A stretch of 64,000 nt of DNA from an uncultured bacterium (GCA_964451165.1 CAYVGJ010000019.1:1524-65523); one strand, 5' to 3'; counted from the first letter of the stretch, positions 28,562-39,194 are shown. Translations and numbers: made by a program. Notes: generated from the sequence alone by a model not told the origin.

Positions 28562-29426
28562 AAACCGCAATAAAATAAAAGCGGTTTTTAAACTTATCAG
28601 GTTTCCAAATACGTTTACTGCAATCGCCGATTCAATATCTGGTTATTTCCTGATTGCCGATTTCCAGCGAATGGATTTCAGAATTCTTTTTTTACTGTCG
28701 GTTATTTCGTTTACTTTTTACGCATCCGGTATAGTTATAAATGATTTGTTTGATTATAAAAAGGATTCTGTATCTCATCCATATCGGCCGCTTCCATCAG
28801 GTGCTGTAAAAATCAGTGAGGCGATAATATTAATATTTATTTTGATAATTGCCGGGTTATCCGCTTCTTTGATGGTGGGGCGAAAAACTTTTTTTGTTGC
28901 TGTTTTTCTTGGTATTTCAATATTTATGTATGATAAAACATTTAAAAAAGGTTTTTTTGTTCCTGGATTTTTTATGGGGTTGTGCAGGTTTTTCAATTTT
29001 ACACTTGGATTTAGTGTAGTTGAATGGGGTAATGGTATACCGGGAAAGATTTGGGTTTTCCCGTCGTTATTGCTTGTATATGTTTGTATTATTACTATGA
29101 TAAGTAGGAGAGAGAAAACGGTTACAACCAAAAAAGCTTCATTATGGATTTTCACATGGATTAGTATATCCTATGTTCTGATTTTCTGTTATAACCTTGT
29201 TAATAATTATTTGGGGATTATGTATTTATTATTATTTTTTTTATTGATGATAAAAATTAAAATAAAATCCTGTAATGTAGATAAACTTTTAAAGTGGTTA
29301 ATATTAGGAATTATTTTTTATGACGCTTCTTTCGTCGCATTCTATAAAGGAATTTCAATTTCGTTATATATTGTAATAATTAGTATTCCCGCCATATTGC
29401 TTTCCAGATCAATAAAAATGACATAG
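28542..29426 (+). CDS. UbiA-family aromatic/polar-head prenyltransferase, integral membrane (EboC-like).
   Basis: VINDLFDYKKD (the NDxxDxxxD Asp-rich motif) and YRPLPSG, with about 8 TM segments. It overlaps the upstream gene by 20 nt. Confidence 0.8.
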   Translation: MKDILSKNRNKIKAVFKLIRFPNTFTAIADSISGYFLIADFQRMDFRILFLLSVISFTFYASGIVINDLFDYKKDSVSHPYRPLPSGAVKISEAIILIFILIIAGLSASLMVGRKTFFVAVFLGISIFMYDKTFKKGFFVPGFFMGLCRFFNFTLGFSVVEWGNGIPGKIWVFPSLLLVYVCIITMISRREKTVTTKKASLWIFTWISISYVLIFCYNLVNNYLGIMYLLLFFLLMIKIKIKSCNVDKLLKWLILGIIFYDASFVAFYKGISISLYIVIISIPAILLSRSIKMT

Positions 29427-29595
29427 TGTATAATTTAATAAAATCATAAATAATAAAAATATTATGAATCATAAGATCCAAATCCTATCAATTAAGGATT
29501 ATTATGTCAAAAAATAAAGTTATAAAAAGAAAAGACGAATTAGTAATAGCAATGTATTAATAATAGAATTACAATACAAAATAAAAGGGAATAAA

Positions 29596-31734
29596 ATGAA
29601 AATATCCAATTTATCTGTAAAGGCTAAGTTGATTTTTTGTTGTTTATCATTACTATTGGTATCATTAATGTCTCTTGGATATTTAAGTTATGAATCCGCG
29701 TCCAGGGGAATTGAACAGGAAGTAAAAGAAAAAATTGAAACACAGGTGAAGGGATTAACAGATACTGTTAAAAGTGAGGACAAACAAATAATCTATTATA
29801 CAGGATATTACAAATATTATCTTGAAGTAGCAAGGCGATACGAGAAAAATATATTTATATATAAATCGATAGAACCGCAGGAAAAAATTAATGAATACAA
29901 AAAAAAGGTTTTTGATAATCTTGCTGTTCTTGAGAATCTATATGATTTTGCCGAAGAAAATGGGGTAGATATAACTTCCGTCAAAACAATTCTATCTGAT
30001 TATAAGAGAAATATTGAATATTTTTCAGGAAATAATTTTTCAAACGAGGAGGTTGAGAAATTCCGGCCTGTAGCTCGAAGTATGGTTAAAGAAGGTGAAA
30101 ATTTTTGTGCAACTCTTGCGGATAAAATGCTGTTAAAAAAAATAAAGGAAATTGTTACGAGTTTAAAAGTCGGGAAAACAGGTTACGCATATGTAATGAA
30201 TACGAAAGGTGACCTTATAATTCACCCGACAAGCGAAGGTAAAAATTTAAGTAATTATAATTTTTGTAAAGAGATGATTGAAAAAAAATCCGGTTACAGT
30301 ATATATGATTGGGAAGGCAGATCAAAAATAGTAGCATATTCATATTTTCCTGAGAAAGATTGGATTATCGCATCCGGCAGTTATTATTCTGATTTTAAGG
30401 ATACGTTGAATATGATACGTAATTTTATACTGATGGCTACAATAATATCAATAATAGTTGGCGGTATTGTTGTTATGTTGATAGCCGGATCAATTACAAA
30501 TCCGCTCATAAAGGTTAAGGATGCCGCTAAGATAATTAGTAATGGCGATTTAACCGGATCGGAAATAGATGTAAAATCGCAAGACGAAGTAGGCCAGCTG
30601 GCATTAGTCTTTAATGAACTGAGGACAAATTTAAGGAGTATTATCGGAAACATAGATAGAACTTCAGCGCAAATAGCATTGAATACAGAAAAAATGAATC
30701 TGACTGCGCGAGAAATGGCTAAAGGTGCTGAGGAATTAGCCGCAAGTGCCCAGGAATCAAGTAATTCAATAGAGGAAATCGGAAGAAACTCTGTTGAGGT
30801 ACTAAAAAGTGTAGAAATCCAAACATTTTCAGTAGCGGAGACATCGGCATCGATTGAGGAGATGACAAGAAACGTTCAGACGGTGTTTAAGAATGTCAGT
30901 TCGCAGGCTTCTGCTGTTAATCAATCGACAGCGGCCGTACAGCAACTTGTAGCCTCAATCCGGCAGATTGCGGAAAATACAGAAAGAGTAAGCAAAATTT
31001 CAAGTGATGTAAATATGCGTGCGCAAAAAACCAATGTTGCTGTTAAAGAGTCTGTCAATGGGATGCAGGAAATATCAAAGAGTTCAGAGAAAATAAATAA
31101 TATCATAACTGTTATAACCGGTATTGCTTCGCAGACAAATCTATTGGCATTAAATGCGGCGATAGAGGCGGCTAGAGCAGGTGAGGCGGGTAAAGGATTT
31201 GCTGTGGTTGCTGATGAAGTTAGAAACCTTGCCGAACAATCATCCCAGGCGGCAAAAGAGATAACAGAGTTAATCAAAGACGCCAACATCAAAGCTAAAA
31301 ATGGAGTGGACCTGATTAGTGAAGTTGATGAATCGGTGAGCGAGATGGTGTCGTCAATAAAGGAAGTTACTGTATTATCTGAAGAGGTGGGATCTGCAAC
31401 CAAAGAACAGGAAAAAGGAGCGGATGAAATTTCAAAAGCGCTTGAGACATTAAATCAGTTGACTCAGGAGATTCTTCAAGCTATGGAAGAACAATCCAGA
31501 GGCGCGGATGAGATTGCTAAGGCAATGCAGGAATTATCCAAGATTTCAGGAGAAATAAGTACTGCCATGCATGAGCAAACACAGGGAACGGCAGAAGTGA
31601 CCAAATCAGTTGAGTTAGTCAGTAGTGTAGCAGAAGAAACAGATAAAGGTGTGAAAAGCAATGTTCAAAATACGGATAATCTTTTAAATGAAGTTAATTT
31701 TCTCAAAGAGATTATTTCCGGTTTTAAAATTTGA
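29596..31734 (+). CDS. Methyl-accepting chemotaxis protein with a periplasmic Cache-type sensor, HAMP and MCP signalling domains.
   Basis: N-terminal TM. Cache-like [16 protein letters not shown]...[12 protein letters not shown]. Second TM. Highly conserved MCP hairpin [36 protein letters not shown]. Confidence 0.9.
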   Translation: MKISNLSVKAKLIFCCLSLLLVSLMSLGYLSYESASRGIEQEVKEKIETQVKGLTDTVKSEDKQIIYYTGYYKYYLEVARRYEKNIFIYKSIEPQEKINEYKKKVFDNLAVLENLYDFAEENGVDITSVKTILSDYKRNIEYFSGNNFSNEEVEKFRPVARSMVKEGENFCATLADKMLLKKIKEIVTSLKVGKTGYAYVMNTKGDLIIHPTSEGKNLSNYNFCKEMIEKKSGYSIYDWEGRSKIVAYSYFPEKDWIIASGSYYSDFKDTLNMIRNFILMATIISIIVGGIVVMLIAGSITNPLIKVKDAAKIISNGDLTGSEIDVKSQDEVGQLALVFNELRTNLRSIIGNIDRTSAQIALNTEKMNLTAREMAKGAEELAASAQESSNSIEEIGRNSVEVLKSVEIQTFSVAETSASIEEMTRNVQTVFKNVSSQASAVNQSTAAVQQLVASIRQIAENTERVSKISSDVNMRAQKTNVAVKESVNGMQEISKSSEKINNIITVITGIASQTNLLALNAAIEAARAGEAGKGFAVVADEVRNLAEQSSQAAKEITELIKDANIKAKNGVDLISEVDESVSEMVSSIKEVTVLSEEVGSATKEQEKGADEISKALETLNQLTQEILQAMEEQSRGADEIAKAMQELSKISGEISTAMHEQTQGTAEVTKSVELVSSVAEETDKGVKSNVQNTDNLLNEVNFLKEIISGFKI

Positions 31735-31770
31735 GTTAATATAATATTTTAAAAAAAGTAAAATAAAAAA

Positions 31771-31802
31771 ACGGGATAAATCAGGTTTATCCCGTTTTTT
31801 AT
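31771..31802. terminator. Bidirectional rho-independent terminator between the convergent MCP gene and the ior/paaK operon.
   Basis: ACGGGATAAA / TCAGG / TTTATCCCGT is a 10-bp perfect stem with a 5-nt loop. An A6 run lies upstream and a T6 run downstream, so it has a U-tract when read on either strand. Confidence 0.8.
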
Positions 31803-31820
31803 ATAATGTGCGGATAAAAT

Positions 31821-32240
31821 TTAAAGTTTATCTAATTCTTCCTGGTTGTAAATCTTTATTCCATGATGATTAAGAGCGTATATGGCATCCTCAATGTTAT
31901 CAACATGAAAAATAATCAAGGTTTTTACAATAGCATACATTTCCTGAACGCTTATTTTGTTTGAGTTGAAAGTTTCAAGTACTCCGGCCAATCCGCCAAC
32001 TTCATCAGGCACCTTGACACAGATAACTTTCTTCTCATGAACAACAAAACCTTTATCCCGCAAAAGGTTAAATGCTTTTTTATATTCGTTTGTAATAAGC
32101 CTGAAAATTCCGAATCCACTACCGGAATCTGCGATCGAAAAACCCCGTATGTTAATACCATTTTCAGCCATGAGTTTTGTAATCTCATAAAGCCTGCCTA
32201 TTTTGTCTTCAACAAAAATTGCTAATTCAACAATACTCAT
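31821..32240 (-). CDS. Tandem ACT-domain protein (small regulatory protein of the type associated with phenylacetate-CoA ligase).
   Basis: Two GxGxFG-type ACT signatures (ADSGSGFGIFRLI; VPDEVGGLAGVLE). The likely start is the second ATG (MSIVELAIFV), which has GAGG 7 nt upstream. The track ORF begins 12 nt earlier at 32252. Confidence 0.7.
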   Translation of the reverse strand: MSIVELAIFVEDKIGRLYEITKLMAENGINIRGFSIADSGSGFGIFRLITNEYKKAFNLLRDKGFVVHEKKVICVKVPDEVGGLAGVLETFNSNKISVQEMYAIVKTLIIFHVDNIEDAIYALNHHGIKIYNQEELDKL

Positions 32241-32294
32241 AAAATACCTCATTTTGTTTTACTAAGATGAGATTACATCTTTCTTTCTTAAATT

Positions 32295-33809
32295 TCAATA
32301 GATAAATTTAATTTCCCATCTTAAAAAGAACGCCGGATCAGCGGTACTTGCGTAATAACTGCCAGGCTTAAAACATTCAATTTGAATAAATGAGCTGACA
32401 TTTTTATTTATCTCGAATTTATTTATCAATTCAATCAGATCGCCTCTTACATCGCCTCTATTAAATCCTGCTGTACCAAGATAAGTATTTTCATCAGACC
32501 ATAACCTGTCATATACCATTTTTACACTCCACCATGAAGTAGGGCATATTCCACCGCCGATGAAATATTTATGCATATTTGTCCAGTAGGCTACTCCGCC
32601 TTCGCGGGCATAGGTAAAGAGCAACAAATCGCCGTGTATAGGCCATCTGCTGAACATAGGATCCCAATCTTCGCGTCTTCTTGTATTTGGATTGTCGCCG
32701 GACAAATAATAATAACCGGTCGTTACAGATGGTTTAAATTGAACGGGGAAAGTATATGTTCCAATACTATAACCACCGAGTCCTTGTCTTTGGTCGGATC
32801 CTTGTTTTCCAAATTGTCCTGCAAGTTCGGATTCATATTTGAAGTTTTGAAATAAAGTTCCGGAAATCCTGCCTCCAAAAGTACTTAATTTTTCATTGTT
32901 TCCATATGATCTGCCTCTTTGTGGACGTCCATGCCCGTCTTTATAAAAATAATACTGTTCAAGTTTGAAAACATCACCGAAATAGTTGGAAGTGAGATAA
33001 TAACCATATGCGTTTATTTCGTCTTCAACAAGAAGTTTTCTGCTCCTGACATGATTTATTGATTGCCTGTCTGTTGGGTTTATTTTGAAAAATTTACGTT
33101 CTTCTCTGTTTGTCTCAATAATAAGAGCATCGATATTTGTTTTTATTGGATCAAGGTGGAGGGTTGCTTTGATAGCATCGAAATAAAATGTTCTTGATCC
33201 ATCACCAGGAGTACCTTCCATCAATATAAACCCTTGCCCGTATCCGAATAAGTCTTGTCTTCCGAACCGTACGGATATAGGTAAATTAGCAGGGCGTTTC
33301 AGATCGAAATAAAAGTTATCGAATACAGTTTCATCCATATCCCATGGAACATCTGGTGTAATCCATGCACGGTTTTCATTGGTGAATCTGAGGTATACTC
33401 CTAAACATTCAATCGGATCGTACTGTACCCATACTCTTGAGCGGAACCTGAAATAGTTTCGGTTTTTTTCGTCATGGGTAAGGCGGAAAGCGTTTTTTAC
33501 GTATTCTTCACGAATACGTTCATCGAGTCCCCATTTAAAATGTTCTATTTCTTTTTTCTTTGTAATAAAATCCCATGTTTCATCGCATAAATTCTTTTCT
33601 TTTAACGGTTCAGTAGATGTTTTAACCGATTCGCTTTGATCAGTTTTGCACGGAGCTGTTTCTGATGAATAAATTTCTTTTTTTGTTTCCGAAATAGTTT
33701 TTTTGCAAGAGCTACTACATGTTTTTTTATTATTTTGCTGAGCAAGACTAGGATAAACGAGGGTAAAAGATAAAATTAAAGTAAAAATTAATTTTGATGA
33801 TTTTTGCAT
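32295..33809 (-). CDS. Secreted, aromatic-rich protein. It is a putative outer-membrane beta-barrel (porin-like) embedded in the ior/paaK operon.
   Basis: Signal peptide MQKSSKLIFTLILSFTLVYPSLA. High Y/F/W/G content with alternating hydrophobic patterns. The C-terminus ...FLRWEIKFIY* ends in an aromatic residue, as barrel proteins do. No specific family motif was recognised. Confidence 0.4.
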   Translation of the reverse strand: MQKSSKLIFTLILSFTLVYPSLAQQNNKKTCSSSCKKTISETKKEIYSSETAPCKTDQSESVKTSTEPLKEKNLCDETWDFITKKKEIEHFKWGLDERIREEYVKNAFRLTHDEKNRNYFRFRSRVWVQYDPIECLGVYLRFTNENRAWITPDVPWDMDETVFDNFYFDLKRPANLPISVRFGRQDLFGYGQGFILMEGTPGDGSRTFYFDAIKATLHLDPIKTNIDALIIETNREERKFFKINPTDRQSINHVRSRKLLVEDEINAYGYYLTSNYFGDVFKLEQYYFYKDGHGRPQRGRSYGNNEKLSTFGGRISGTLFQNFKYESELAGQFGKQGSDQRQGLGGYSIGTYTFPVQFKPSVTTGYYYLSGDNPNTRRREDWDPMFSRWPIHGDLLLFTYAREGGVAYWTNMHKYFIGGGICPTSWWSVKMVYDRLWSDENTYLGTAGFNRGDVRGDLIELINKFEINKNVSSFIQIECFKPGSYYASTADPAFFLRWEIKFIY

Positions 33810-33841
33810 AATAAAATACCCCCAAATAGATTGTTAAATAT

Positions 33842-34270
33842 TTATTTAAAAAGTTCCTCCTGAGTTAATACTTTTATTTCGTTGTTAACTAATGTATCTA
33901 TTGATTTATCAATATTTTCCATTCTAAGTATAATTACAGCTTTATCCTGATTCCTTTCAACAAACGCATAACAGTATTCAATATTAAGATTATTATCCTG
34001 CAGGGTCCGCAGAACTCTGGCTAATTGACCGGGCCGATCATCAACTTCTACAGCGATAACTTCTGTTATTTCAACGGTAAAATCATGCATTTTGAGTAAT
34101 TTGCAGGCATTATCGACATTTTCCACAATTAGCCTCACAATGCCGAAATCCGATGTTTCAGCGATGGACATTGCCCGAATATTGATATTCTGGCCTGCCA
34201 AAACTTCTGTTGTTTCAAGTAGACGCCCGACTTTATTTTCCAAAAAAATGGAAAGCTGTTTTACTTTCAT
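33842..34270 (-). CDS. Tandem ACT-domain protein (second copy).
   Basis: MKVKQLSIFLENKVGRLLE...NINIRAMSIAETSDFGIVRLIV; VDDRPGQLARVLRTLQ. It is a paralog of the 31821 gene. Confidence 0.7.
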   Translation of the reverse strand: MKVKQLSIFLENKVGRLLETTEVLAGQNINIRAMSIAETSDFGIVRLIVENVDNACKLLKMHDFTVEITEVIAVEVDDRPGQLARVLRTLQDNNLNIEYCYAFVERNQDKAVIILRMENIDKSIDTLVNNEIKVLTQEELFK

Positions 34271-34304
34271 TTAAACCCCCTGATTTATTTTAATAGGTTT
34301 TTAA

Positions 34305-35606
34305 TCAAAGGTTTCTTTTATCGATAACACGTTTGGCTTTACCGACACTTCTTGATAAAGATTTTGGTTCGACTAATGAGACATCAACCGATAAGGAAAG
34401 GACTGAATCGATTTCTTTTTTGATTTTTTGTTTAAGCATTTCAAGTTTTTTTATTTCATCTGAGAAGAAATTTTCATCAACTTCCACTTGAATTTCTATT
34501 GTATCAAGTGAATGCCTTCTATCTATTATCAATTGATAATGCGGTTGAGCTCCTTTAATATTAAGAAGCACGCTTTCTATTTGCGAAGGAAATACATTTA
34601 TGCCTCGAATAATGAGCATGTCGTCAGTTCTTCCTTTTACTTTGCTTATTCGGGGCAATGTTCTGCCGCAAGCATCGCATTGAGTATAATTAAGGGAGAC
34701 AATATCGCCTGTTCGATATCTGATTAGAGGTATGGCTTCTTTAGTTAATGTTGTGATAACAAGCTCGCCTTCATTTCCGTTTTCAACTACTTTACCGGTA
34801 ACAGGATCTATTATTTCCGGGTAAAAGTGGTCTGAAAAAATATGCAGTCCGTTTTTGCCGATACATTCTTGCGCTACGCCTGGCCCGATTATTTCAGATA
34901 AACCATAGATATCAAGAGCGGTAATATTCCATATTTCCTCAATTTTTTTGCGCATTTGTTCTGTCCATGGTTCCGCTCCGAATATTCCTATACGCAGTGT
35001 TGTTTCTTTCGGATTGAATCCATTTTCCAGCGCTTCTTCAGCCATGAATAAAGAATATGATGGTGTGCAAGTTATAATAGTTGTGCTGAAATCGCGCATC
35101 AGTTGCAATTGTTTCATTGTATTGCCCGATGACATCGGCACGATAGTTATACCTGTTTCCAATGCACCGTAATGAACACCCAGCCCACCTGTAAACAGAC
35201 CGTATCCATATGCGTTCTGGATGATATCACCTTTAGTTCCTCCGGCAATACAAATTGCTCTGGCCATTACTGTAGCCCATAACTTAAGGTCATTTTTGGT
35301 ATAGGCTACGACTGTGGGATTTCCTGTTGTGCCGGATGACGCATGTATTTCAACGATTTCTTCCATAGGTACGGCAAACATCCCGAAAGGATAATTGTCT
35401 CTTAAATCGGTTTTGCGAGTGAAAGGTAGTTTATGAATATCATCGATTGATTTGATATCTTTTACGTTAATATCATTTAGATTAAAGGATCTTTTATAAA
35501 ATGGTACATTTTCGTAAACATTTTTTACAATATTCTTCAACCTGTCCGATTGGATATGTTTTAGTTTATCCAGCGGCATTGATTCTATGGACTTATCCCA
35601 TATCAT
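34305..35606 (-). CDS. paaK: Phenylacetate-CoA ligase family (adenylate-forming aryl/indole-acetate-CoA ligase).
   Basis: LPFTRKTDLRDNYPFGMFAVP, IHASSGTTGNPTVV (the AMP-binding P-loop), YGLSEIIGPGVA and a Zn-ribbon-like C...C pair. Length is 433 aa. Confidence 0.85.
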   Translation of the reverse strand: MIWDKSIESMPLDKLKHIQSDRLKNIVKNVYENVPFYKRSFNLNDINVKDIKSIDDIHKLPFTRKTDLRDNYPFGMFAVPMEEIVEIHASSGTTGNPTVVAYTKNDLKLWATVMARAICIAGGTKGDIIQNAYGYGLFTGGLGVHYGALETGITIVPMSSGNTMKQLQLMRDFSTTIITCTPSYSLFMAEEALENGFNPKETTLRIGIFGAEPWTEQMRKKIEEIWNITALDIYGLSEIIGPGVAQECIGKNGLHIFSDHFYPEIIDPVTGKVVENGNEGELVITTLTKEAIPLIRYRTGDIVSLNYTQCDACGRTLPRISKVKGRTDDMLIIRGINVFPSQIESVLLNIKGAQPHYQLIIDRRHSLDTIEIQVEVDENFFSDEIKKLEMLKQKIKKEIDSVLSLSVDVSLVEPKSLSRSVGKAKRVIDKRNL

Positions 35607-35641
35607 ATCAGGTTCCTCCTAATAAAATAGATAAGTGTTGG

Positions 35642-36958
35642 TCAATTAGTTTTGTTAGGGCGCATATCAAGTACCCGGATTGCTTTTCCTTCACTGGGTG
35701 GAAGAGAACCATGCTCTACCAACTCAATGACAGGGGTTACAAGTATCTCATCTTTAACCTTACGTGATATTGTTTCACGTAGATTGGTAAGTTGTTTTAA
35801 ATCTCCGGCGAAAAACTCAGAGTTTACTTCGATTTTTACAGTTAATTTATCGAGAGCTCCTTTTGTCCATAAGATAATCTGATAATTGGTACCGACTTCT
35901 GGTATTTTCATTAAGACATGTTCTATCTGGGATGGGAAAATATTCACTCCGCCGATTATAAACATGTCGTCGGTGCGTCCTTTTATCCTTGATATTCTTC
36001 TGTGTGTGCGCCCGCACCTGCATTTATCCGGATAAACAAAAGCCAAATCGCGAGTACGGTATCGCAATAGAGGCATTGCTTCTCGGTTAATCGCTGAAAT
36101 TACCAGTTCGCCTTCTTCTCCATCAGGTAATGTTTCTCCGGTAGATGGATTGATTACCTCCAGATAGAAATTATCTTCCCAAAGATGCATACCTTCTTTT
36201 TCCTGACATTCAAAAGCTACGCCGGGACCGTTCATTTCACTTAATCCGTAAGAATTGAAAACATCGATATTTAATAAATTCTCGATCTTCTTGCGAGTAG
36301 CTTCAGTATAAGGTTCAGCTCCCATAAGTCCTATTCGAAGATATAACTCATTGAAAATGTTCATGCACCTCAATGTTTCCGCAAGGTGAAGAGCGTAGCT
36401 GGGAGTTATGTGAATTATTGTGGTCTTGAAATCTCTCATGAACTTAATTTGACGCTGAGTATTGCCTGAACTAATTGGAATTACGAGCATACCGATTTTT
36501 TCCGCGCCGTAATGAAGCCCGAGGCCTCCGCTGAATAATCCGTAACTCATCATATTCTGAAAAATGTCTTCGGATGTGGTACCGATCATGGTTAAACAAC
36601 GGGCAAGCATATTGCTCCAATTATCAATATCGTTTTTGGTATGATAAATAACAGTCGGAGTACCCGTCGTTCCGCTCGATGAATGAAGCCGTACAATTTT
36701 ACTTTTTTCTATGACTACAAATCCAGCGGGATAACTTTTGCGCAAATCGTCTTTTGTCATAAAAGGCAATTCGCGCATTTGTTCGAGGTTTTTAATAGGT
36801 TTTACGTTATATCCTTTTTCTAAATAAAAATTTTTGTAAAACGAAGTAGAAGCTATTCGATTCAGAGAATTGTTTAATCTGTCAAGCTGAAGATCTTTGA
36901 TTCCTTTTTGTTCTAATGTTTCTATATCCTTTTCCCAGAACAATTTATATACCCTCAT
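35642..36958 (-). CDS. paaK: Phenylacetate-CoA ligase family, second paralog.
   Basis: LPFMTKDDLRKSYPAGFVV, LHSSSGTTGTPTVI and YGLSEMNGPGVAFECQ. It overlaps the iorB stop (ATGA). Confidence 0.85.
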   Translation of the reverse strand: MRVYKLFWEKDIETLEQKGIKDLQLDRLNNSLNRIASTSFYKNFYLEKGYNVKPIKNLEQMRELPFMTKDDLRKSYPAGFVVIEKSKIVRLHSSSGTTGTPTVIYHTKNDIDNWSNMLARCLTMIGTTSEDIFQNMMSYGLFSGGLGLHYGAEKIGMLVIPISSGNTQRQIKFMRDFKTTIIHITPSYALHLAETLRCMNIFNELYLRIGLMGAEPYTEATRKKIENLLNIDVFNSYGLSEMNGPGVAFECQEKEGMHLWEDNFYLEVINPSTGETLPDGEEGELVISAINREAMPLLRYRTRDLAFVYPDKCRCGRTHRRISRIKGRTDDMFIIGGVNIFPSQIEHVLMKIPEVGTNYQIILWTKGALDKLTVKIEVNSEFFAGDLKQLTNLRETISRKVKDEILVTPVIELVEHGSLPPSEGKAIRVLDMRPNKTN

Positions 36959-37458
36959 TTATTTGTGGTTTTAGATTGTTTCTCATAACCGTTTATAAAG
37001 GCGGAAAGGTTTTCTTCCAAATATGCAGGCGGAACCATATCTTTAATTACAGATAACCACAATTCCTTATTTACTGGAAGAAAATATGCCAATTTACCAA
37101 GTAGATAGACATTTTTTACTTTTTCTTTTTGTATGAAATCAATATCAGATTCTTCGAACCGGATGATCTCTCCTGTCTCACTGAGATAAATTCTATTACG
37201 CTCTAATTCAGTATCGTTGAAGATTACTAAAAAGTCTACTTCAGAATTAGGTATGAGAGGTGAATATACTTTATCACCGAACCTTATTTCGCTTGTTACG
37301 CTCCCTCCGCGTTGACTCATCCCATGTATTTCGCTCTTTTTTACATCGTATCCGGCTTCGAAAAGTGTCTGAGATATTATTTCGCTTGCCAGAATTATTC
37401 CTTGACCGCCGATACCTGCAAAAAGGATATTCTTTGTTTTAGTTATATTTTTTTGCAT
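36955..37458 (-). CDS. iorB: Indolepyruvate:ferredoxin oxidoreductase, beta subunit.
   Basis: ILFAGIGGQGIILASEI...EIHGMSQRGGSV is characteristic of the IorB / oxidoreductase gamma-like family. Confidence 0.8.
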   Translation of the reverse strand: MQKNITKTKNILFAGIGGQGIILASEIISQTLFEAGYDVKKSEIHGMSQRGGSVTSEIRFGDKVYSPLIPNSEVDFLVIFNDTELERNRIYLSETGEIIRFEESDIDFIQKEKVKNVYLLGKLAYFLPVNKELWLSVIKDMVPPAYLEENLSAFINGYEKQSKTTNK

Positions 37459-39194
37459 TCTATAGCTCCAGTTTTACAAATTTGAATACAAACTCCGCAT
37501 CCATTGCACAAAGCCATATTAATTACAGGCGGTGTAGTATTTGAGATTGCGGGGCAACCGATATTAAGGCATTGACGGCAATTAACGCATTTATCAGCAA
37601 TAATATACGCATAAGACGCTTTTTTCTTTTTTCCTTTAAGTACGCATTCACGCCTGAAAACAATGACAGAAACTTCAGAAGAATTTAAAGATTCAGTTAA
37701 TGCGCCTTGAATAGATTTTAAGTCGTAAGGATCAACAACCTTGATATTTTTTATGCCGATAGCCTCACAAATTTTTTCAGGTAGAATTGAAACAGTCGGT
37801 TCGAGATTAATTGTAAAACCTGTACCGGGATGTTCCTGTTTTCCGGTCATTGCGGTTGTCTGGTTATCGAGAATAAGTATGGTTCCAATACCTTTATTAT
37901 AAACGATATCGATTAGGCCTGTTATTCCTGAATGGAAAAAAGTGGAATCACCAATGACGGCGGCGACATTCTGTTTTTCTTTTTCAGGGAGAACTTTGGT
38001 CATGCCGTGAAGCATTCCTATGCTTGCTCCCATGCAAACGCATGTATCTAAACTTGATAGGGGAGGCAAACTTCCCAGTGTATAACAACCTATATCGCCT
38101 ACAACGGTGAACTTCATTTTCTTCAATGTATGAAATACACCTCTATGAGTGCATCCTGGACACATTGCCGGAGGTTTTGGCGGTATATTTGATATCTTCT
38201 CTTTTGGTTCTCCGGTGAGTATTTCATGAACTTTATCCGGATTCAGCTCATCTAGCATAAATTTGTCCGGTTTGGATAAAACATTAATTCCTTTTGCTTT
38301 AATTTCCGTGTATAAAAAGTTGTCCAGTTCCTCAATTACATATACATTTTTTACAGATTCGCAAAATTCAGAAATTTTGGATTCACATAAAGGATAAACA
38401 AACCCGAGTTTCAGAATGGAAACATCGGGAAATGATTCTTTAACATATTGATATGTTATACCAGAACAAATTATTCCGGTATTTTTGTCAATGCCGTACT
38501 CAATCCTGTTCAATTCTGTTGATTCGGAAAACTCTTTTAGCTTGTTTAACCTGTCTTCAATAATTACATGGCGTTTTTTTGCGAATGCTGGAACCATTAC
38601 GTATTTATGTGGATTTTTCTCAAAAGAATATTTTCGTTCCATTGTTTCCGGTTCGGATAACTCAACTATTGTTTTTGCGTGGCAAACTCTTGTTGTCATT
38701 CGGACAATAACAGGTGTATCGAATTGTTCGCTTATAGAGAAAGCCAATTTGGTAAAATCTTTTGCTTCCTGGCTGTCGGATGGTTCGAGCACAGGTATCT
38801 TCGCGAACCGTCCGTAATGGCGGTTATCCTGTTCATTTTGCGAACTGTGCATACCCGGATCATCAGCTGAAATAATAACAAGTCCGCCTTTTACACCGGT
38901 ATATGTAACAGTCAGAAGCGGATCGCTGGCGACATTTAATCCTACATGTTTCATTGAGCAAATACTTCTTGCGCCGCAGAATGATGAGCCTATAGCAACT
39001 TCCAGAGCAACTTTCTCGTTTACCGACCATTCGACTTTGGCTGTACCGTATGCGGCAATGGCTGGGCTTATCTCACTGCTTGGTGTGCCGGGATAAGCTG
39101 TTGATACAGCTACACCGGCTTCATAAGCGCCGCGTGCTATCGCTTCATTTCCTGACAATAAAACTTTTGAAATAGTTTTTTTGCTATTATCCAT
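37443..39194 (-). CDS. iorA: Indolepyruvate:ferredoxin oxidoreductase, alpha subunit (TPP- and 4Fe-4S-binding).
   Basis: LLSGNEAIARGAYEAGV, a TPP-binding region (GDSTFFHSG), and C-terminal ferredoxin cysteine clusters CVNCRQCLNIGCP...CNGCGVCIQICKTGAI. The start is assigned to the 7th-codon ATG (MDNSKK), which has AGGAAG 8 nt upstream. The track ORF begins at 39212. Confidence 0.85.
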   Translation of the reverse strand: MDNSKKTISKVLLSGNEAIARGAYEAGVAVSTAYPGTPSSEISPAIAAYGTAKVEWSVNEKVALEVAIGSSFCGARSICSMKHVGLNVASDPLLTVTYTGVKGGLVIISADDPGMHSSQNEQDNRHYGRFAKIPVLEPSDSQEAKDFTKLAFSISEQFDTPVIVRMTTRVCHAKTIVELSEPETMERKYSFEKNPHKYVMVPAFAKKRHVIIEDRLNKLKEFSESTELNRIEYGIDKNTGIICSGITYQYVKESFPDVSILKLGFVYPLCESKISEFCESVKNVYVIEELDNFLYTEIKAKGINVLSKPDKFMLDELNPDKVHEILTGEPKEKISNIPPKPPAMCPGCTHRGVFHTLKKMKFTVVGDIGCYTLGSLPPLSSLDTCVCMGASIGMLHGMTKVLPEKEKQNVAAVIGDSTFFHSGITGLIDIVYNKGIGTILILDNQTTAMTGKQEHPGTGFTINLEPTVSILPEKICEAIGIKNIKVVDPYDLKSIQGALTESLNSSEVSVIVFRRECVLKGKKKKASYAYIIADKCVNCRQCLNIGCPAISNTTPPVINMALCNGCGVCIQICKTGAIECKKI

